Source: Candidatus Tritonobacter lacicola
GTDB lineage: Bacteria; Auribacterota; Tritonobacteria; Tritonobacterales; Tritonobacteraceae
NCBI GenBank assembly: GCA_030765135.1
Contig: JAVCDC010000125.1
Coordinates: 31,607-95,606, forward strand
Length of the DNA: 64,000 nt
Direction: 5' to 3'
The position numbers were made by a program, and so were the translations under genes. Positions 1-10,364 of this stretch are shown here, piece after piece (the first letter of the stretch is position 1; each line of letters begins with the position of its first letter). Below the pieces are notes generated by a model. It was not told where the DNA came from. It saw only the letters and a list, made by a program, of their open reading frames with translations, and did no database searches.

Positions 1-447
1 AGCCGGCAGGGCCGCCCGCGACCCGAAGTACCTCCTGGCGATCTCGAAACAGATCATCAGGCCCGCCAGGCCGAAGCATGTTGAGGCCAGTATATAGCCC
101 AGCACCTCCGGGTAAGAATATCCGTTCGCCGCCAATGGAAAGCCGCAGTTCGAAAGAACCAGACTCGCGGCGAGCCCCGCAAGATAGAAAGGCGCGCAGA
201 GAAGGGGAGCGCCGATGGGGAACCACGTCTTTATGTACCCCCCGGGCGTCATCGCGCCGAGCTCGGGGTCCATCCGGAAGGCCGAGGGGTGATAATAAGC
301 GAACTCGTTGTAGAAGTTCAGGTCGCCGTCGATGACCATCGACCTCAGCTGCATGTAGTACTGCTTCCCGTCGATCGACAGCCAGGGCACGAGCGCGGCC
401 AGCGAGGCTATGAACAAAAGCAGGAGAAGTACGCGGGCCCTGCTCAT
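1..447 (-). CDS. 5'-portion (runs off window start) of a polytopic membrane protein, possibly another GT-C-type glycosyltransferase
   Basis: ATG at 447..445 overlaps the stop of the upstream gene in an ATGA junction. My hand translation of the minus strand gives MSRARVLLLLFIASLAALVPWLSIDGKQYYMQLRSMVIDGDLNFYNEF..., hydrophobic, with no stop before the window edge. It is absent from the ORF track because it is partial. Confidence 0.4.
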   Translation of the reverse strand, partial: MSRARVLLLLLFIASLAALVPWLSIDGKQYYMQLRSMVIDGDLNFYNEFAYYHPSAFRMDPELGAMTPGGYIKTWFPIGAPLLCAPFYLAGLAASLVLSNCGFPLAANGYSYPEVLGYILASTCFGLAGLMICFEIARRYFGSRAALPA

Positions 448-1952
448 CTCGTTCTCCTCACGAGAAATAGAAAGGAGACGGCGCAAACAACGAGCGGAGG
501 CACAACAGACAGCAGCAGCAAGGGAGGCAGACCAAGGCGGTAGAGATACGCCCACCACACGTCCGGGCCGCGCTCGAGCTCCCTCCGGAAAGACGTCTCC
601 TCCAGCACGGACGGGTCGCGGAGGTCGCCGGAGAGCTTCTTCCACGAGCAGTTGAGGTAGGAGCGCCACTGGGCCCTCAATGGGAAGTAGGCGGGATCGA
701 ATATTATATCGCCGTGAAGGACCTTTCTCCCGGGCCGGAAGAGAGGGTCGTCGGCCTCCCAGGGAACCATGGCGGCCTGGAGAAACCTCATCTCGCTCAC
801 GGAAACTGCCAGGACCTGAACGGCAAAGCTCGCGGCGATGACCATGACAAGAACGGCGGCAACGGGAGCGCTGTTCCGCCGCCGCAGCAGGGAACCCACG
901 GGTATAAGGGCGAAGGGAACGACCTGGAGCATGAAGCGCGGTCCCCAGCACCACCCGCCGTGCCAGTACCCCCACCTCGCGTAGAAGCACGTGTAAACGG
1001 CGATCAGTGAGACGAAAAGGAGCGCCTCCTTTCTATGTCCGGCGAAGAAGAAGAAAATCGACGGGAGGAAGAGGACTAGCACGGGAGAATAGATGAATAC
1101 GCTCTTGCCGGAGCTCAGGAGGAGGCCGTACAGGCCGACAAAAAAGGGAGTGGAGAACCCCGTGTCTATGTCCTGACCCTCGTAACCGGTTATCCATATC
1201 GAGCCGTAGCGCGCCCAGTTATAAGCGAGATTGACCGCCGCCGCCGCGGCAACAGGCGCAAGAAATGAAAAAAAACGGCGGGCGGCACGTCCGTCCCGGT
1301 GGGATGCACATGCAACATACACGCCGATAACGGCTATGGCAAGCGCGCCGTCCTGCCTCTCCAGCAGCGCCCCGCCCAGAAACGCCCCGCACGCGAAAAG
1401 CGTCGAGAGGCGCCCCCGGAGGCGGTACCGGTATGCGCAGCAGGCTCCAGAGAGGATGAGGAAAGCGCTTACCGGCTCCCGGAAGAACGTCTTTGAGTAC
1501 GGCCAGGCCATCGTCCCCAGACCGTAAAGCAGCGCCAGAAAGACTGAAGTCCTCTTCCCGTATCCAAGATCAAGGCAGAAGAGGTATATCACGGCGCAGG
1601 CCGCAGCGGTCGCGAATTGACCCAGGAGAGAGCAGGCGAACCGGGTGAAGAGGGTCCGGGGCAGGGATGGGAAAACGTCCGCCGCGGCACGGCCGACCAT
1701 GTAGAGGGGAACGGCCGCGACGGAATGGCCGATTTCGTACTTGGAGTAAAGATTTCCGTCCGGGCCGGGGCTTCCCATTATCCGGCCGGCGAACTCTTTC
1801 TCAACGGAGACCCTGCCGTCCTCAACGATGCTCCTCGTTACCTGGTACATCGTCTCGCCGTCGAAATGCTTGATAAAGCCCTTGGCCGTCAGGATGTACA
1901 GGGAAAAGAAAAAAATCCATATAAGAAAAGCGGTTTTTTTCCTCTCGGACAT
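444..1952 (-). CDS. GT-C fold membrane glycosyltransferase, ArnT/PMT_2-like (GT39/GT83-type)
   Basis: Internal start MSERKKTAFLIWIFFF at 1952; the ORF-track N-terminal extension is Gly/Ala-rich junk overlapping the divergent gene. More than 10 predicted TM helices, with loop motifs typical of polyprenol-P-sugar dependent GT-C enzymes. Confidence 0.6.
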   Translation of the reverse strand: MSERKKTAFLIWIFFFSLYILTAKGFIKHFDGETMYQVTRSIVEDGRVSVEKEFAGRIMGSPGPDGNLYSKYEIGHSVAAVPLYMVGRAAADVFPSLPRTLFTRFACSLLGQFATAAACAVIYLFCLDLGYGKRTSVFLALLYGLGTMAWPYSKTFFREPVSAFLILSGACCAYRYRLRGRLSTLFACGAFLGGALLERQDGALAIAVIGVYVACASHRDGRAARRFFSFLAPVAAAAAVNLAYNWARYGSIWITGYEGQDIDTGFSTPFFVGLYGLLLSSGKSVFIYSPVLVLFLPSIFFFFAGHRKEALLFVSLIAVYTCFYARWGYWHGGWCWGPRFMLQVVPFALIPVGSLLRRRNSAPVAAVLVMVIAASFAVQVLAVSVSEMRFLQAAMVPWEADDPLFRPGRKVLHGDIIFDPAYFPLRAQWRSYLNCSWKKLSGDLRDPSVLEETSFRRELERGPDVWWAYLYRLGLPPLLLLSVVPPLVVCAVSFLFLVRRTR

Positions 1953-2103
1953 CGGGGTTCCTATGGAAAGCGGTTCAGGCTGTGAAAGATTATGATATGA
2001 ACAGCGGTTCCAAAAGGCAAGGCAATAGGTTATGCTGTGAGCCTTTCGCGGAGGTGTTCCTATCAAGAGAAAAGCCGTATATTTTATCTTCCTGCTGCTG
2101 CTC

Positions 2104-3606
2104 GTGTCCTGCGCGCCCCGGCCGGGCGTGAAGCCGCCGGTGGAAGCCGCCGCCGTTCCTCCCCTCGAAGCGACCCCGGTTCCGGCGCGGCTCGCACCCT
2201 CGCCTGTCGAGGCGCGGCCAGCACCGGCCCCGTCCCCCAAACCCCCACCGTTCGCCGCATCGGAGATACGCGTCAACGCGGATAAAATCACCGGGAATAT
2301 AAAGAACGCCGCCGACCTGAACTGGTACTTCGACCCGGACTACGAGCTGCAGCCGAACTACGTGAGGATGTGGTGCCTGACGGGCAGGGTGCGGTCCAGG
2401 AAGGCCATATTCCCAGACCTGACGGCGGACCCGGACGATCCGTCCGCCTACAGGTGGGCCGCGCTCGATGAGAAACTTCTGGAGTACGCGGAAAGGGGCA
2501 TAAAGCCGTACATCCTCCTGTCCATCTCTCCGGCGGAGATCAACCGGATCAAGAGAGGCAACAAGACCCCCCGGTGGCTTATAGACAACAGGCGGAAGAT
2601 AGCCCGCTCGCTCGCGAGGATCGTTTATCACATCACAAGCAGGGACAGCTCCTGGAGCGGCATGGGGACGCGCGTCGACTACGTCGAATTATGGAACGAA
2701 CCCGGCGCCATGATCTACTGGGTCAACCCCTACAAGTACTGGCCGAAGAGAAAGTACTCCAGGAGCTGCTACTCCTGCCTTGTCGATATCTTCGAGATGA
2801 CTATCGCGGACATACGGGAGCTGTGCGGCCGGGAGGTACGGATCGGGGCGTGGGCGGGCTCGCAGCTCGCCGATGGCGGATTGGACATCAGGATCCTGGG
2901 GGAGATGAGCAAGCGGAGGGTCCCGCTGGACTTTTACAGCTGGCACGATTACCGCGTTCCGCCCGCGCTCTTCGATTTCGGCTTGCTTGACAGACATATT
3001 ACGGGAACCCGCGCGAGGCTCAGGGCGCGGGGGTACGGCATTCCGCAGCACATAACCGAATGGAACAACGTCTGCTGGTGCGCCGACGAGGAGGGCAACT
3101 GCGAACCATGTTCCGGTAAAAACGTCAATCACTGGTATCGAACGATAAAATCGGCGGCATACACAGCGGAGTACCTCATGCACGCCCAGGATATGCCCGT
3201 TGAAGTAACACACCGGTGGGACGGAGGCAAAGACTTCTACGGATTATGGGATAAAAGGGGCGCGTACCGCTATCCGGTATTCTACACCTATAAGCTGTTT
3301 CGCTCACTGCTCAGCAGCCGGAGGATAAATGCCGAATCCGACGATTATTTTGTCCTGGCGGGGAAGAAGGACGACAAGATAAACATCCTCATCGCCTGCG
3401 ACGAGTACAACAACAGCAGCGAAGGCTACAATCTAACAGTGGACGGCATCAGGTCAAGCTTCGGCTACACGGTCACGGCGGTCACGGAGGAGGAATACCG
3501 CGGCGGCACGGAGATAATCCAATCGGGGCAGGGAGAATCCATCCTGGACATAGCGGTACCCACGGACGACTACGCCGTTCACCTGATTGAAATAATCCGT
3601 GAATAA
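2104..3606 (+). CDS. clan GH-A glycoside hydrolase (GH5/GH39-like), probable lipoprotein; true start likely about 2062
   Basis: The ELWNEPG catalytic acid/base motif is typical of clan GH-A. The reading frame is open from 2041 and encodes KRKAVYFIFLLLLVSCA, i.e. n-region, h-region and lipobox L-V-S-C, upstream of the GTG at 2104. No in-frame ATG precedes it, so the start codon is ambiguous (ATC at 2062 or another rare start). Confidence 0.55.
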   Translation: MSCAPRPGVKPPVEAAAVPPLEATPVPARLAPSPVEARPAPAPSPKPPPFAASEIRVNADKITGNIKNAADLNWYFDPDYELQPNYVRMWCLTGRVRSRKAIFPDLTADPDDPSAYRWAALDEKLLEYAERGIKPYILLSISPAEINRIKRGNKTPRWLIDNRRKIARSLARIVYHITSRDSSWSGMGTRVDYVELWNEPGAMIYWVNPYKYWPKRKYSRSCYSCLVDIFEMTIADIRELCGREVRIGAWAGSQLADGGLDIRILGEMSKRRVPLDFYSWHDYRVPPALFDFGLLDRHITGTRARLRARGYGIPQHITEWNNVCWCADEEGNCEPCSGKNVNHWYRTIKSAAYTAEYLMHAQDMPVEVTHRWDGGKDFYGLWDKRGAYRYPVFYTYKLFRSLLSSRRINAESDDYFVLAGKKDDKINILIACDEYNNSSEGYNLTVDGIRSSFGYTVTAVTEEEYRGGTEIIQSGQGESILDIAVPTDDYAVHLIEIIRE

Positions 3607-3637
3607 CCATATAAAAAGCCTTAACTGACTGCGAAAA

Positions 3638-5875
3638 ATGAAGAATTCCATTATAAAGAAAGTGAAGTGGCCTTTTTCTATCACCATCCTCACAGTCCTC
3701 GTCCTCATTTGCGCATGGCCCTTTGTAGGTTTTGAGAAGCCCTTCATCTTGTTGATCTACTTATTTATAAACCTGATCATTTTAATTATAACTCTATCGC
3801 TCAGGGTGCGATTTTTCGCTTCATGCCATGGAGCTGACGGCTTTCTGGTTGTTATCGCCCTGTTTCTTGCCCTTCTTATTGCAGGCCTGACCTTTCTTGG
3901 CCTTCTCGGCCTCCTTTCCCTTCAAAACTGCTTCATTATTTTCTCACTTATATTCCTGGCATTATTTCCCTTCCTGCCTGTTTCCGATGGAATCCATACG
4001 GCATTTCTATCATTGAGAAGGGTATTTAGCTTTAATAAAGAAAGGTTGCTTTTCTCACTCGCTCTCATAGCTATTATTCTCCTTGCATCGCACAGGGTAT
4101 ATACACCGCCCGCCAGCTACGACGACCTTATGTATCATCTCACTTATCCTGTTGAATGGCTCAAGAGCAATAGCATCTCCATGCCCCCGCCGACGCCGTT
4201 TGGATATCCCTGGCTGATCTACTTCCCCTTTAATGGAGAACTGCTTCTTTTCTGGTTCTTTCTTCCTTTGCAATCGGATTTTCTGGCGAAATTCGGCCAA
4301 ACCGGTTTTGTTCTTTTTACCTTAGCAGCGGTATTTGCTTTGTCCCAAAAAGTCGGGATGAAGCGGGATGCGGTCATCTGTTCCTGCCTTCTGGCGCTGG
4401 CGCTGCCGAAATTTTTACTTCAAGGAATATTCAGATCGGGGAATGATATTTTATTCGCTTTCCTCTTTCTCCTCAGCCTAAATTTCATTATTGCTTTATC
4501 AAGAAGGTTCTCTGTTTACAATGTTATATCTTTCTCGGTCGCTTTCGGATTGCTCGTGGGAACAAAGAGCCTGGGAATAATGTACGGGCTTCCCCTCTTC
4601 CTTTTCTTTGTACTCATGGTCTTCTATCGAATTAGTAAGTCGTCTCTGTCCGCGCTAAGCTCTTTATTCGTCTTCCTCGCTATTGTTTCTGCACTTGGCG
4701 GCGCAAGCTATGTTCGCAATTTTCTAGCCACGGGAAATCCCATCTTTCCCATAAGGGCAGCGATCGGAAAAACACTCATATTCAATGGTCCTATTGAAAA
4801 AGAAGACATATACAGATCATGGCAAACAGGATTAAACCCTATAGAGGACTACCCCGCGCTGGCGTTTATCATCGCGACCAGCGCGTTTGCCGGCTTCTTA
4901 AGTCTCCGAAGTCCTAAATACAGGAAAGGGATCCTATTTGTAGCCGGGCCCGCTCTCTATGTCGCTCTAATCTATTTTTTCGGCTTCATGAGGAACACTC
5001 GATATCTCTACCCGGGAATGATGCTTTCCGCAGTCAGTGCTTGCTGGGTAGCCGATCGGATAAGGATGAAGTACCGTGGAATTTATTTGGCCTTAATACG
5101 GTTCACTATCATTGCACTCTTCATATATATCCTGTGGGATCTCTTCAGTGGGGAGCATTTTTCTATCGGCTTGCTCTTTAATGGGTTTCTCGCCTTATGC
5201 GCGCTATGCATCTCAGGCATCCTGGCAATATTGCTCCCTTTAATTGTATTGCGCTACAGGCGCTCAGGTTCGCGCCTGGCAGCAGCCCTGTTTGCAACGC
5301 TTTCCATTGTCACCTTTATCTGGCTCGTTTTAACTGTTGGCAAAGCGTACGATAAAAAGAAATATAGCCGCCGCGAATGGCTGTTTTTTACACAGCATGG
5401 AGATGGGAAAGCGTGGAAATGGGTTGAGGATCATTCCATTCGAGGCGTAACGATTGCATATGCCGGCCTCGACAATAGCTATCCCCTCTATGGAAGCGAA
5501 TTACAGAATAAAGTAATTTATGTTTCTCGTGGCAAAAAGCCCCCACGAAAGTACGGCATCCCAGTTGACGAGGAGAATTGCCTGGTATATGTCTCCAGAG
5601 AAGAGGGCTGGGTCGCCGTCAACGACCCCGAGATGGACAGAAAAAACACCGAGGTTTTCGGATGGAATTACGATACCTGGCTAAAGAACCTCATAGACGA
5701 GGATGTTAACTGGTTATTCGTCCGCGGAACATATCGAAAAGCAAAGAAACACAGTGGCAAGAAGGTGATCGAATATCCCCTCGAGAATGAATGGGCAACC
5801 TCTCACCCCCAAGATTTCAGACTCATCTATTCCTCTGATGCATTTAAGATTTATGTCTTAAAAGGTAAAGGGTGA
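3638..5875 (+). CDS. GT-C-like polytopic membrane glycosyltransferase with C-terminal soluble domain (AT-rich gene)
   Basis: 745 aa, N-terminal two-thirds all TM helices, YDDLMYHL acidic loop near the first periplasmic loop. Codon usage is visibly AT-richer than its neighbours. It converges on and overlaps the next gene by 32 nt. Confidence 0.5.
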   Translation: MKNSIIKKVKWPFSITILTVLVLICAWPFVGFEKPFILLIYLFINLIILIITLSLRVRFFASCHGADGFLVVIALFLALLIAGLTFLGLLGLLSLQNCFIIFSLIFLALFPFLPVSDGIHTAFLSLRRVFSFNKERLLFSLALIAIILLASHRVYTPPASYDDLMYHLTYPVEWLKSNSISMPPPTPFGYPWLIYFPFNGELLLFWFFLPLQSDFLAKFGQTGFVLFTLAAVFALSQKVGMKRDAVICSCLLALALPKFLLQGIFRSGNDILFAFLFLLSLNFIIALSRRFSVYNVISFSVAFGLLVGTKSLGIMYGLPLFLFFVLMVFYRISKSSLSALSSLFVFLAIVSALGGASYVRNFLATGNPIFPIRAAIGKTLIFNGPIEKEDIYRSWQTGLNPIEDYPALAFIIATSAFAGFLSLRSPKYRKGILFVAGPALYVALIYFFGFMRNTRYLYPGMMLSAVSACWVADRIRMKYRGIYLALIRFTIIALFIYILWDLFSGEHFSIGLLFNGFLALCALCISGILAILLPLIVLRYRRSGSRLAAALFATLSIVTFIWLVLTVGKAYDKKKYSRREWLFFTQHGDGKAWKWVEDHSIRGVTIAYAGLDNSYPLYGSELQNKVIYVSRGKKPPRKYGIPVDEENCLVYVSREEGWVAVNDPEMDRKNTEVFGWNYDTWLKNLIDEDVNWLFVRGTYRKAKKHSGKKVIEYPLENEWATSHPQDFRLIYSSDAFKIYVLKGKG

Positions 5876-7340
5876 CGATATCATTGCCGGGTGAAGGAAA
5901 CTTCAGCGATGTCACCAGGTGGAAATCCGGGCCAGCCAGCGCGAGAACCGCTTCGTCCCCGTACACCGGCTCATACTTTGCCCATGAGACCAGCCAGACC
6001 CGCTCGTAGCCGGCCGCAGCCATCCCGAAATCCGTGACCACCTCGCCGGGGTCGAGCAACTCACCCCTCAGGTAGAAGGGAACCGGCTCGCGGGAGAGGA
6101 GAAACTCCGGATACCGGCCGCGGTGGTATATGACCGAGGGAAAATAAGTAAACGTCGCCCACCCCTCGCCGTCAAATATCACGGGCCGCTTCCCCGCGCC
6201 CTTGAGAACGTGGTGAATGATGCAGTCACCCGGCCGGTAACGCTCCTCGATATAATCGAATGCCGGCCTCACCCTTGTCCTGGAAACGAACGAGCAGCGG
6301 TAGTGCAGGGAGATGGCGAGGATGAATATTACCAGCAGTGAAACGAGAAGACGGAGCCGACCCCTCAGGCCCGCCAACGCGGAACCTATTAAAATCACGT
6401 ACGCCGGTGAGACAATAAGCAGGTAGCGGTTCAGCCAGACGGGGACGATGAGGCCGATTACGCCTGCCGTCACGACGGGAACAAAGAACCAGAGAGAGAG
6501 CATCAGAGCCGCGCGTTTCCGCCGCCTTAAAAGGCAGAAGAGCCCTGAACAGAAAAGTATTACGAGGGGCGTGTTGAGAAGGGCTGTGACAACGTAGTCG
6601 TCGCCGAAGTCGCAGCCTGTTCCCAGAAAGTGCCAGAGGGAGAGGAAAGACTGCAGGGATATTTTGCTCAGCCAGAAATCCTCTCCGATCCTCTGGACCT
6701 GCCTCGCAACCACAACCATCCAGGGCATAAAAAGAAGTAACAGGCAGACCTGGGAGACAAGCCATTGCCTCTTACTCTTCAAGGAGACACCGGAGAAAAA
6801 AAGCACGAAGACATTCTGGGCCAGGACGATAAAGACGCCGAAAAGATGGGTGTAGAGGGCGGCGGCGGAGCACAGGAAGCAGCCTGCGAGACGGCCCCTG
6901 CGGCCCTCACGGACCCACGCCCAGAGAAACAGAAAGGAAGCCGCAACCCAGAACTCGACCATTGAGTACATCCTCGCCTCCCGGGAATAGGCGATATTTA
7001 CGGGCGAGAATGCGGCGATAAGGGAGGAGTACGCCCCCGCGGGGTAGCCGGCCAGGCTGTTTCCCAGCCGCCACACCATGTAAACAGTGGCGACGCCGAA
7101 GGCCACCGAGAGAAGCCGCACCCACACCTCGCCCGTGCCGGCATACAGCCAGAAATGGAGCACAAGGTAATAGAGCGGGGGGACATTGTCGCTCGAGCAA
7201 AGCCCGACAAGCGAGCAGGGATCTCTCTCCGCGACGAGAAGCGTCGTCGCTTCGTCGAACCAGAATGCCTCGCCTCCCAGACCGTACAGCCGGAGAACTA
7301 CGGAGAGCGCCAGGATGGACAAAATGACGCCTCTTTTCAT
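5844..7340 (-). CDS. ArnT/PMT_2-family GT-C glycosyltransferase
   Basis: FWFDEATTLL and VPPLYYLV loop motifs of the PMT_2 family. Start MKRGVILS at 7340 is preceded by AAGGAGG with 11 nt spacing. ATGA overlap with the downstream gene at 7337. Confidence 0.65.
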   Translation of the reverse strand: MKRGVILSILALSVVLRLYGLGGEAFWFDEATTLLVAERDPCSLVGLCSSDNVPPLYYLVLHFWLYAGTGEVWVRLLSVAFGVATVYMVWRLGNSLAGYPAGAYSSLIAAFSPVNIAYSREARMYSMVEFWVAASFLFLWAWVREGRRGRLAGCFLCSAAALYTHLFGVFIVLAQNVFVLFFSGVSLKSKRQWLVSQVCLLLLFMPWMVVVARQVQRIGEDFWLSKISLQSFLSLWHFLGTGCDFGDDYVVTALLNTPLVILFCSGLFCLLRRRKRAALMLSLWFFVPVVTAGVIGLIVPVWLNRYLLIVSPAYVILIGSALAGLRGRLRLLVSLLVIFILAISLHYRCSFVSRTRVRPAFDYIEERYRPGDCIIHHVLKGAGKRPVIFDGEGWATFTYFPSVIYHRGRYPEFLLSREPVPFYLRGELLDPGEVVTDFGMAAAGYERVWLVSWAKYEPVYGDEAVLALAGPDFHLVTSLKFPSPGNDIVTLYLLRHKS

Positions 7341-8920
7341 AATCCACATTCCCTCCTTATGACAACCTCTCTCCGGCCTCCATCCGGGCCGTCCTGCCCG
7401 TAAACGACCTCTCTGAAGCGGGGCGACAGCCGGAAGACGGTTACCGGCGGCTCGCTGCATATCTCCTCGGATTTAATGCCCGGATCGTCGAATGCCATCG
7501 ATTCCGTCGGGCCGATAACGGCGATCTCGTCTATCTCCGGAATGAGGGCGATGACGCCATTATCACTCGCCGCCACCACTTTCCTCCCGTGATATACAAC
7601 GACCGGTTTAAGGCGGACAAAGTCGGAGTGATAAACGCGGCACTCCGGGAGGTAATAGGAAGCGAACTTCGTGTAGCCGTTGTTGAGGGAAAGGACGGCG
7701 GTTCGCCGATCCATCCCCCTTTCCCTCAATAATACAATCGCCTCCATGGCGCCCCCCTTATCCTCCAGCCGACGGAGTGAGAAACGCCCCCTTCCCGTCG
7801 CGAGGGCCATCGCAATACCCCCTCTCCTCGGGGGAAAGAGCATTGCCATGTTCAACGCGAGGGAGGCCGCGAGCGCCGTCAGCAAGGCCGGCGACCGGCG
7901 CCGGGAGGGCAGCCTGCAGAAAAGCAGGGCCAGGAGCAAGGCCAGGCCGGGTACGTATGTCAGGGTGTAGCCGGGCTTCTTAATGTGGAGAAGGAAGTAG
8001 TAGCAGAAAGGAGGGAGTATCCACCAGAGAAAGAAGGGCAGGGGCAGCTCCCTCCTCTTCCCGCCCGCCAGGGCCGAGGCCAGCAAGCACAGGAGGAGGA
8101 TACAGCACAACGGGCCGAAGCCGTAGAAGGTGTACAGGACGGCCTTGGCCGCGTTCGTTAGCCAGAGCCCGGCGGGATCCGTGAAGACCGAGGTTATATT
8201 GCTGTAGCCGTAGAGGAGACGCGAGGCGTCCATATAATCCCTGCCGAATAGAAGCAGGAGGGGAAGGAGCCATGATAGAACGGACAAGATCAGGGCGAGG
8301 AGGGGAACCAGCATCCCCCGTCCCCTGCCGCCCCTGAGCACGCAGTAGAGCCAGAGAGGGAGCAAAAAAAGGATGATATTCGCCCTGAACCCGCCGGCCA
8401 CGCCCAGCAGGACGGCCGAGATAACAGCCCACCCCGCCCCTCCTTTCGCCGCACGGTAACAGGCAAAGGCGACGAGCGCCGACCACATCCCCTCGGCAGC
8501 GTATATGGTGGAGATCTCCCCGTACAGCCAGAAGACGGGTGCGAAGAAGAGCACAATGGATGCCGTTATCGCAGTTTGCCGGCCGGCCAGCTCCCTGCCC
8601 AGGGCGTACACAGCCACGATAGTGCAGCAGGAAAAGACAAGGCTCAGGGCGGAAAGAGCGTCAGCGGCATCGCGAAGCAAAAGGTTAACCGCCCGCGCCG
8701 CGAGGATATAGAAGGGGTAGCCGGGCGGATGGGGGTGATGGAGAGGGACATTGTATTCCTCCAGGCCGAGTGCGAACTGTATCGAGTCCCACTCGTACAG
8801 GTACTCCGCCATGAAAGGGAGCCTCGTTAAGAGCAGAAGCGCGATAAATGCCGTAACGAACAGCCAGTCCCGGCCCGGCCAGCGCCCCGCTCTCACGCGC
8901 CGCCCTCCCGGGGAAACCAT
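7337..8920 (-). CDS. GT-C-like polytopic membrane protein (PMT_2-related; HPPGYPFY loop)
   Basis: 527 aa, multi-TM, EYLYEWDSIQFALG...HPPGYPFYI. The start is either ATG at 8920 (28-nt overlap with the upstream gene) or GTG at 8896 forming a GTGA junction with the upstream stop. Confidence 0.5.
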   Translation of the reverse strand: MVSPGGRRVRAGRWPGRDWLFVTAFIALLLLTRLPFMAEYLYEWDSIQFALGLEEYNVPLHHPHPPGYPFYILAARAVNLLLRDAADALSALSLVFSCCTIVAVYALGRELAGRQTAITASIVLFFAPVFWLYGEISTIYAAEGMWSALVAFACYRAAKGGAGWAVISAVLLGVAGGFRANIILFLLPLWLYCVLRGGRGRGMLVPLLALILSVLSWLLPLLLLFGRDYMDASRLLYGYSNITSVFTDPAGLWLTNAAKAVLYTFYGFGPLCCILLLCLLASALAGGKRRELPLPFFLWWILPPFCYYFLLHIKKPGYTLTYVPGLALLLALLFCRLPSRRRSPALLTALAASLALNMAMLFPPRRGGIAMALATGRGRFSLRRLEDKGGAMEAIVLLRERGMDRRTAVLSLNNGYTKFASYYLPECRVYHSDFVRLKPVVVYHGRKVVAASDNGVIALIPEIDEIAVIGPTESMAFDDPGIKSEEICSEPPVTVFRLSPRFREVVYGQDGPDGGRREVVIRRECGL

Positions 8921-10323
8921 ACCCTGTACTTCAGCGTCCGCAACGGCGACGGATATGTTTTATCCGCCTCGTAATAATTTTCCTTTATCAGTTCCATGAG
9001 GGCGGGCTCACGATTCCTGTAGAGATAGTACTCGGCGATGAGCGAGAAACGCCTCCCCGCGATATTCCGGAGCAATTCAGGTGGAACGAAGGGAGAATAC
9101 CGGCCCTCTTCCTTGTTCCAGAACCGGGGACCGGGCCCCTGGTAGAAATAATCCTTTCCTCCGGCAAACGACAGATCGGCAGTCTCCGTCAATACCGGCC
9201 CGGCGGCCGATCTCACCATGGCCGAGAGCTCTCTCAATCCCTCCTCCGCGCAGGGAAGCCCCCTCCAGTCCCTCAGCCTCCTCCCGCTCTCGGGAAACGT
9301 CAGAGCGATCTGGGCAATGACGAGGAGCAGGATAACAGCATAAGCCTTGCCGGGGCGCTTATTCAATCTCCCCATGGCGCAGCCGAAGCTGACGAGAAGT
9401 CCCACGAGCGGCTCGGCGAAATAGATCGAACCCGATCCCTCTTTCGCGGATGCGGCCGCGAAGAGCAAACCCGCCAGGAAATAGACCTGCCAGATATTCG
9501 GGCGGCGCCAGGAGAGGCCCAGTATGGCGATGACGATAAGGACGCTGTAATGCAGGAAAAAACCCTTATAAGCGTTAATGGCAAGCCTGGGAATCATCGG
9601 GTTTACATTGCACTTGAACGCGGAGAGAAAGAAATTGCCGCCTGTGAAAACGTTGAGTGCGAGAAAAAACGCACCGGTGATAATGCCGAAGGCGCAGAAA
9701 TATAGAAATCCCCTGGACGGTCTCTCCGCGATGCCGATCCATACGCACGCCGCGACCATCCCTGCCAGCATGGATTGCTTGGTGAAGACGGCGAGGAGAA
9801 ATGCGACGAGGGCCAGCGCCTTGTTCCGCTTCTCACCGAGGAGCCAGACTCCGAGAACGCTGAATAAGAGCCCCGGCAAGTTAATCTGCGCCAGTGAGCT
9901 GTCGATAAAAAGCACGTATGACGTGAGAAGGAAGCCGGACGAGACGGCGGGGATGGCCAGGCCTCCAGACCTCCGCCTGACCGCGGAAAAGACCAGGGCG
10001 CCGACCGCTAGAAAGCAGCCGAAGGAGACGAGCCTGCCCGCAAAAAGGACGCGCTGAAACGACGTCGCGAAGGGAGCTATGAGATAATAATAGAGAGGGG
10101 TGTATGGAGGCACGATATAGGGGGCCGCCCGCATACCGCGGTAAAGGCCTCTCCCCTGCTGGATATATACCGCGTTTGCCACAGTGTGGCTCTCCGCGTA
10201 ATCCAGGTTGAACCCGTACCCCAGCCTGCAAAATGTGGCCGCAAGAGACCCGGCAAGAAAAACACCCAGGAGAACGATAACGGCCGCTGTAAGTATAACC
10301 CGGGCTGTATCTTTTCGCTCCAT
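8893..10323 (-). CDS. GT-C-like polytopic membrane glycosyltransferase (PMT_2-like, PPYTPLYYYL loop)
   Basis: Start MERKDTARVIL at 10323 is preceded by GAAGGAG; the ORF-track extension to 10386 falls in an intergenic tandem repeat. Multi-TM. Confidence 0.5.
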   Translation of the reverse strand: MERKDTARVILTAAVIVLLGVFLAGSLAATFCRLGYGFNLDYAESHTVANAVYIQQGRGLYRGMRAAPYIVPPYTPLYYYLIAPFATSFQRVLFAGRLVSFGCFLAVGALVFSAVRRRSGGLAIPAVSSGFLLTSYVLFIDSSLAQINLPGLLFSVLGVWLLGEKRNKALALVAFLLAVFTKQSMLAGMVAACVWIGIAERPSRGFLYFCAFGIITGAFFLALNVFTGGNFFLSAFKCNVNPMIPRLAINAYKGFFLHYSVLIVIAILGLSWRRPNIWQVYFLAGLLFAAASAKEGSGSIYFAEPLVGLLVSFGCAMGRLNKRPGKAYAVILLLVIAQIALTFPESGRRLRDWRGLPCAEEGLRELSAMVRSAAGPVLTETADLSFAGGKDYFYQGPGPRFWNKEEGRYSPFVPPELLRNIAGRRFSLIAEYYLYRNREPALMELIKENYYEADKTYPSPLRTLKYRVWFPREGGA

Positions 10324-10364
10324 GCCCGTACCCGCTCCTTCGATCATTCTATCTTCAATCGTCC

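Noticed and set aside
78-655. Plus-strand ORFs 78..335, 289..543 and 410..655
   Set aside because: Arg-rich low-complexity products antisense to the partial membrane-protein gene at 1..447 and to the GT-C gene; no SD and no motifs.
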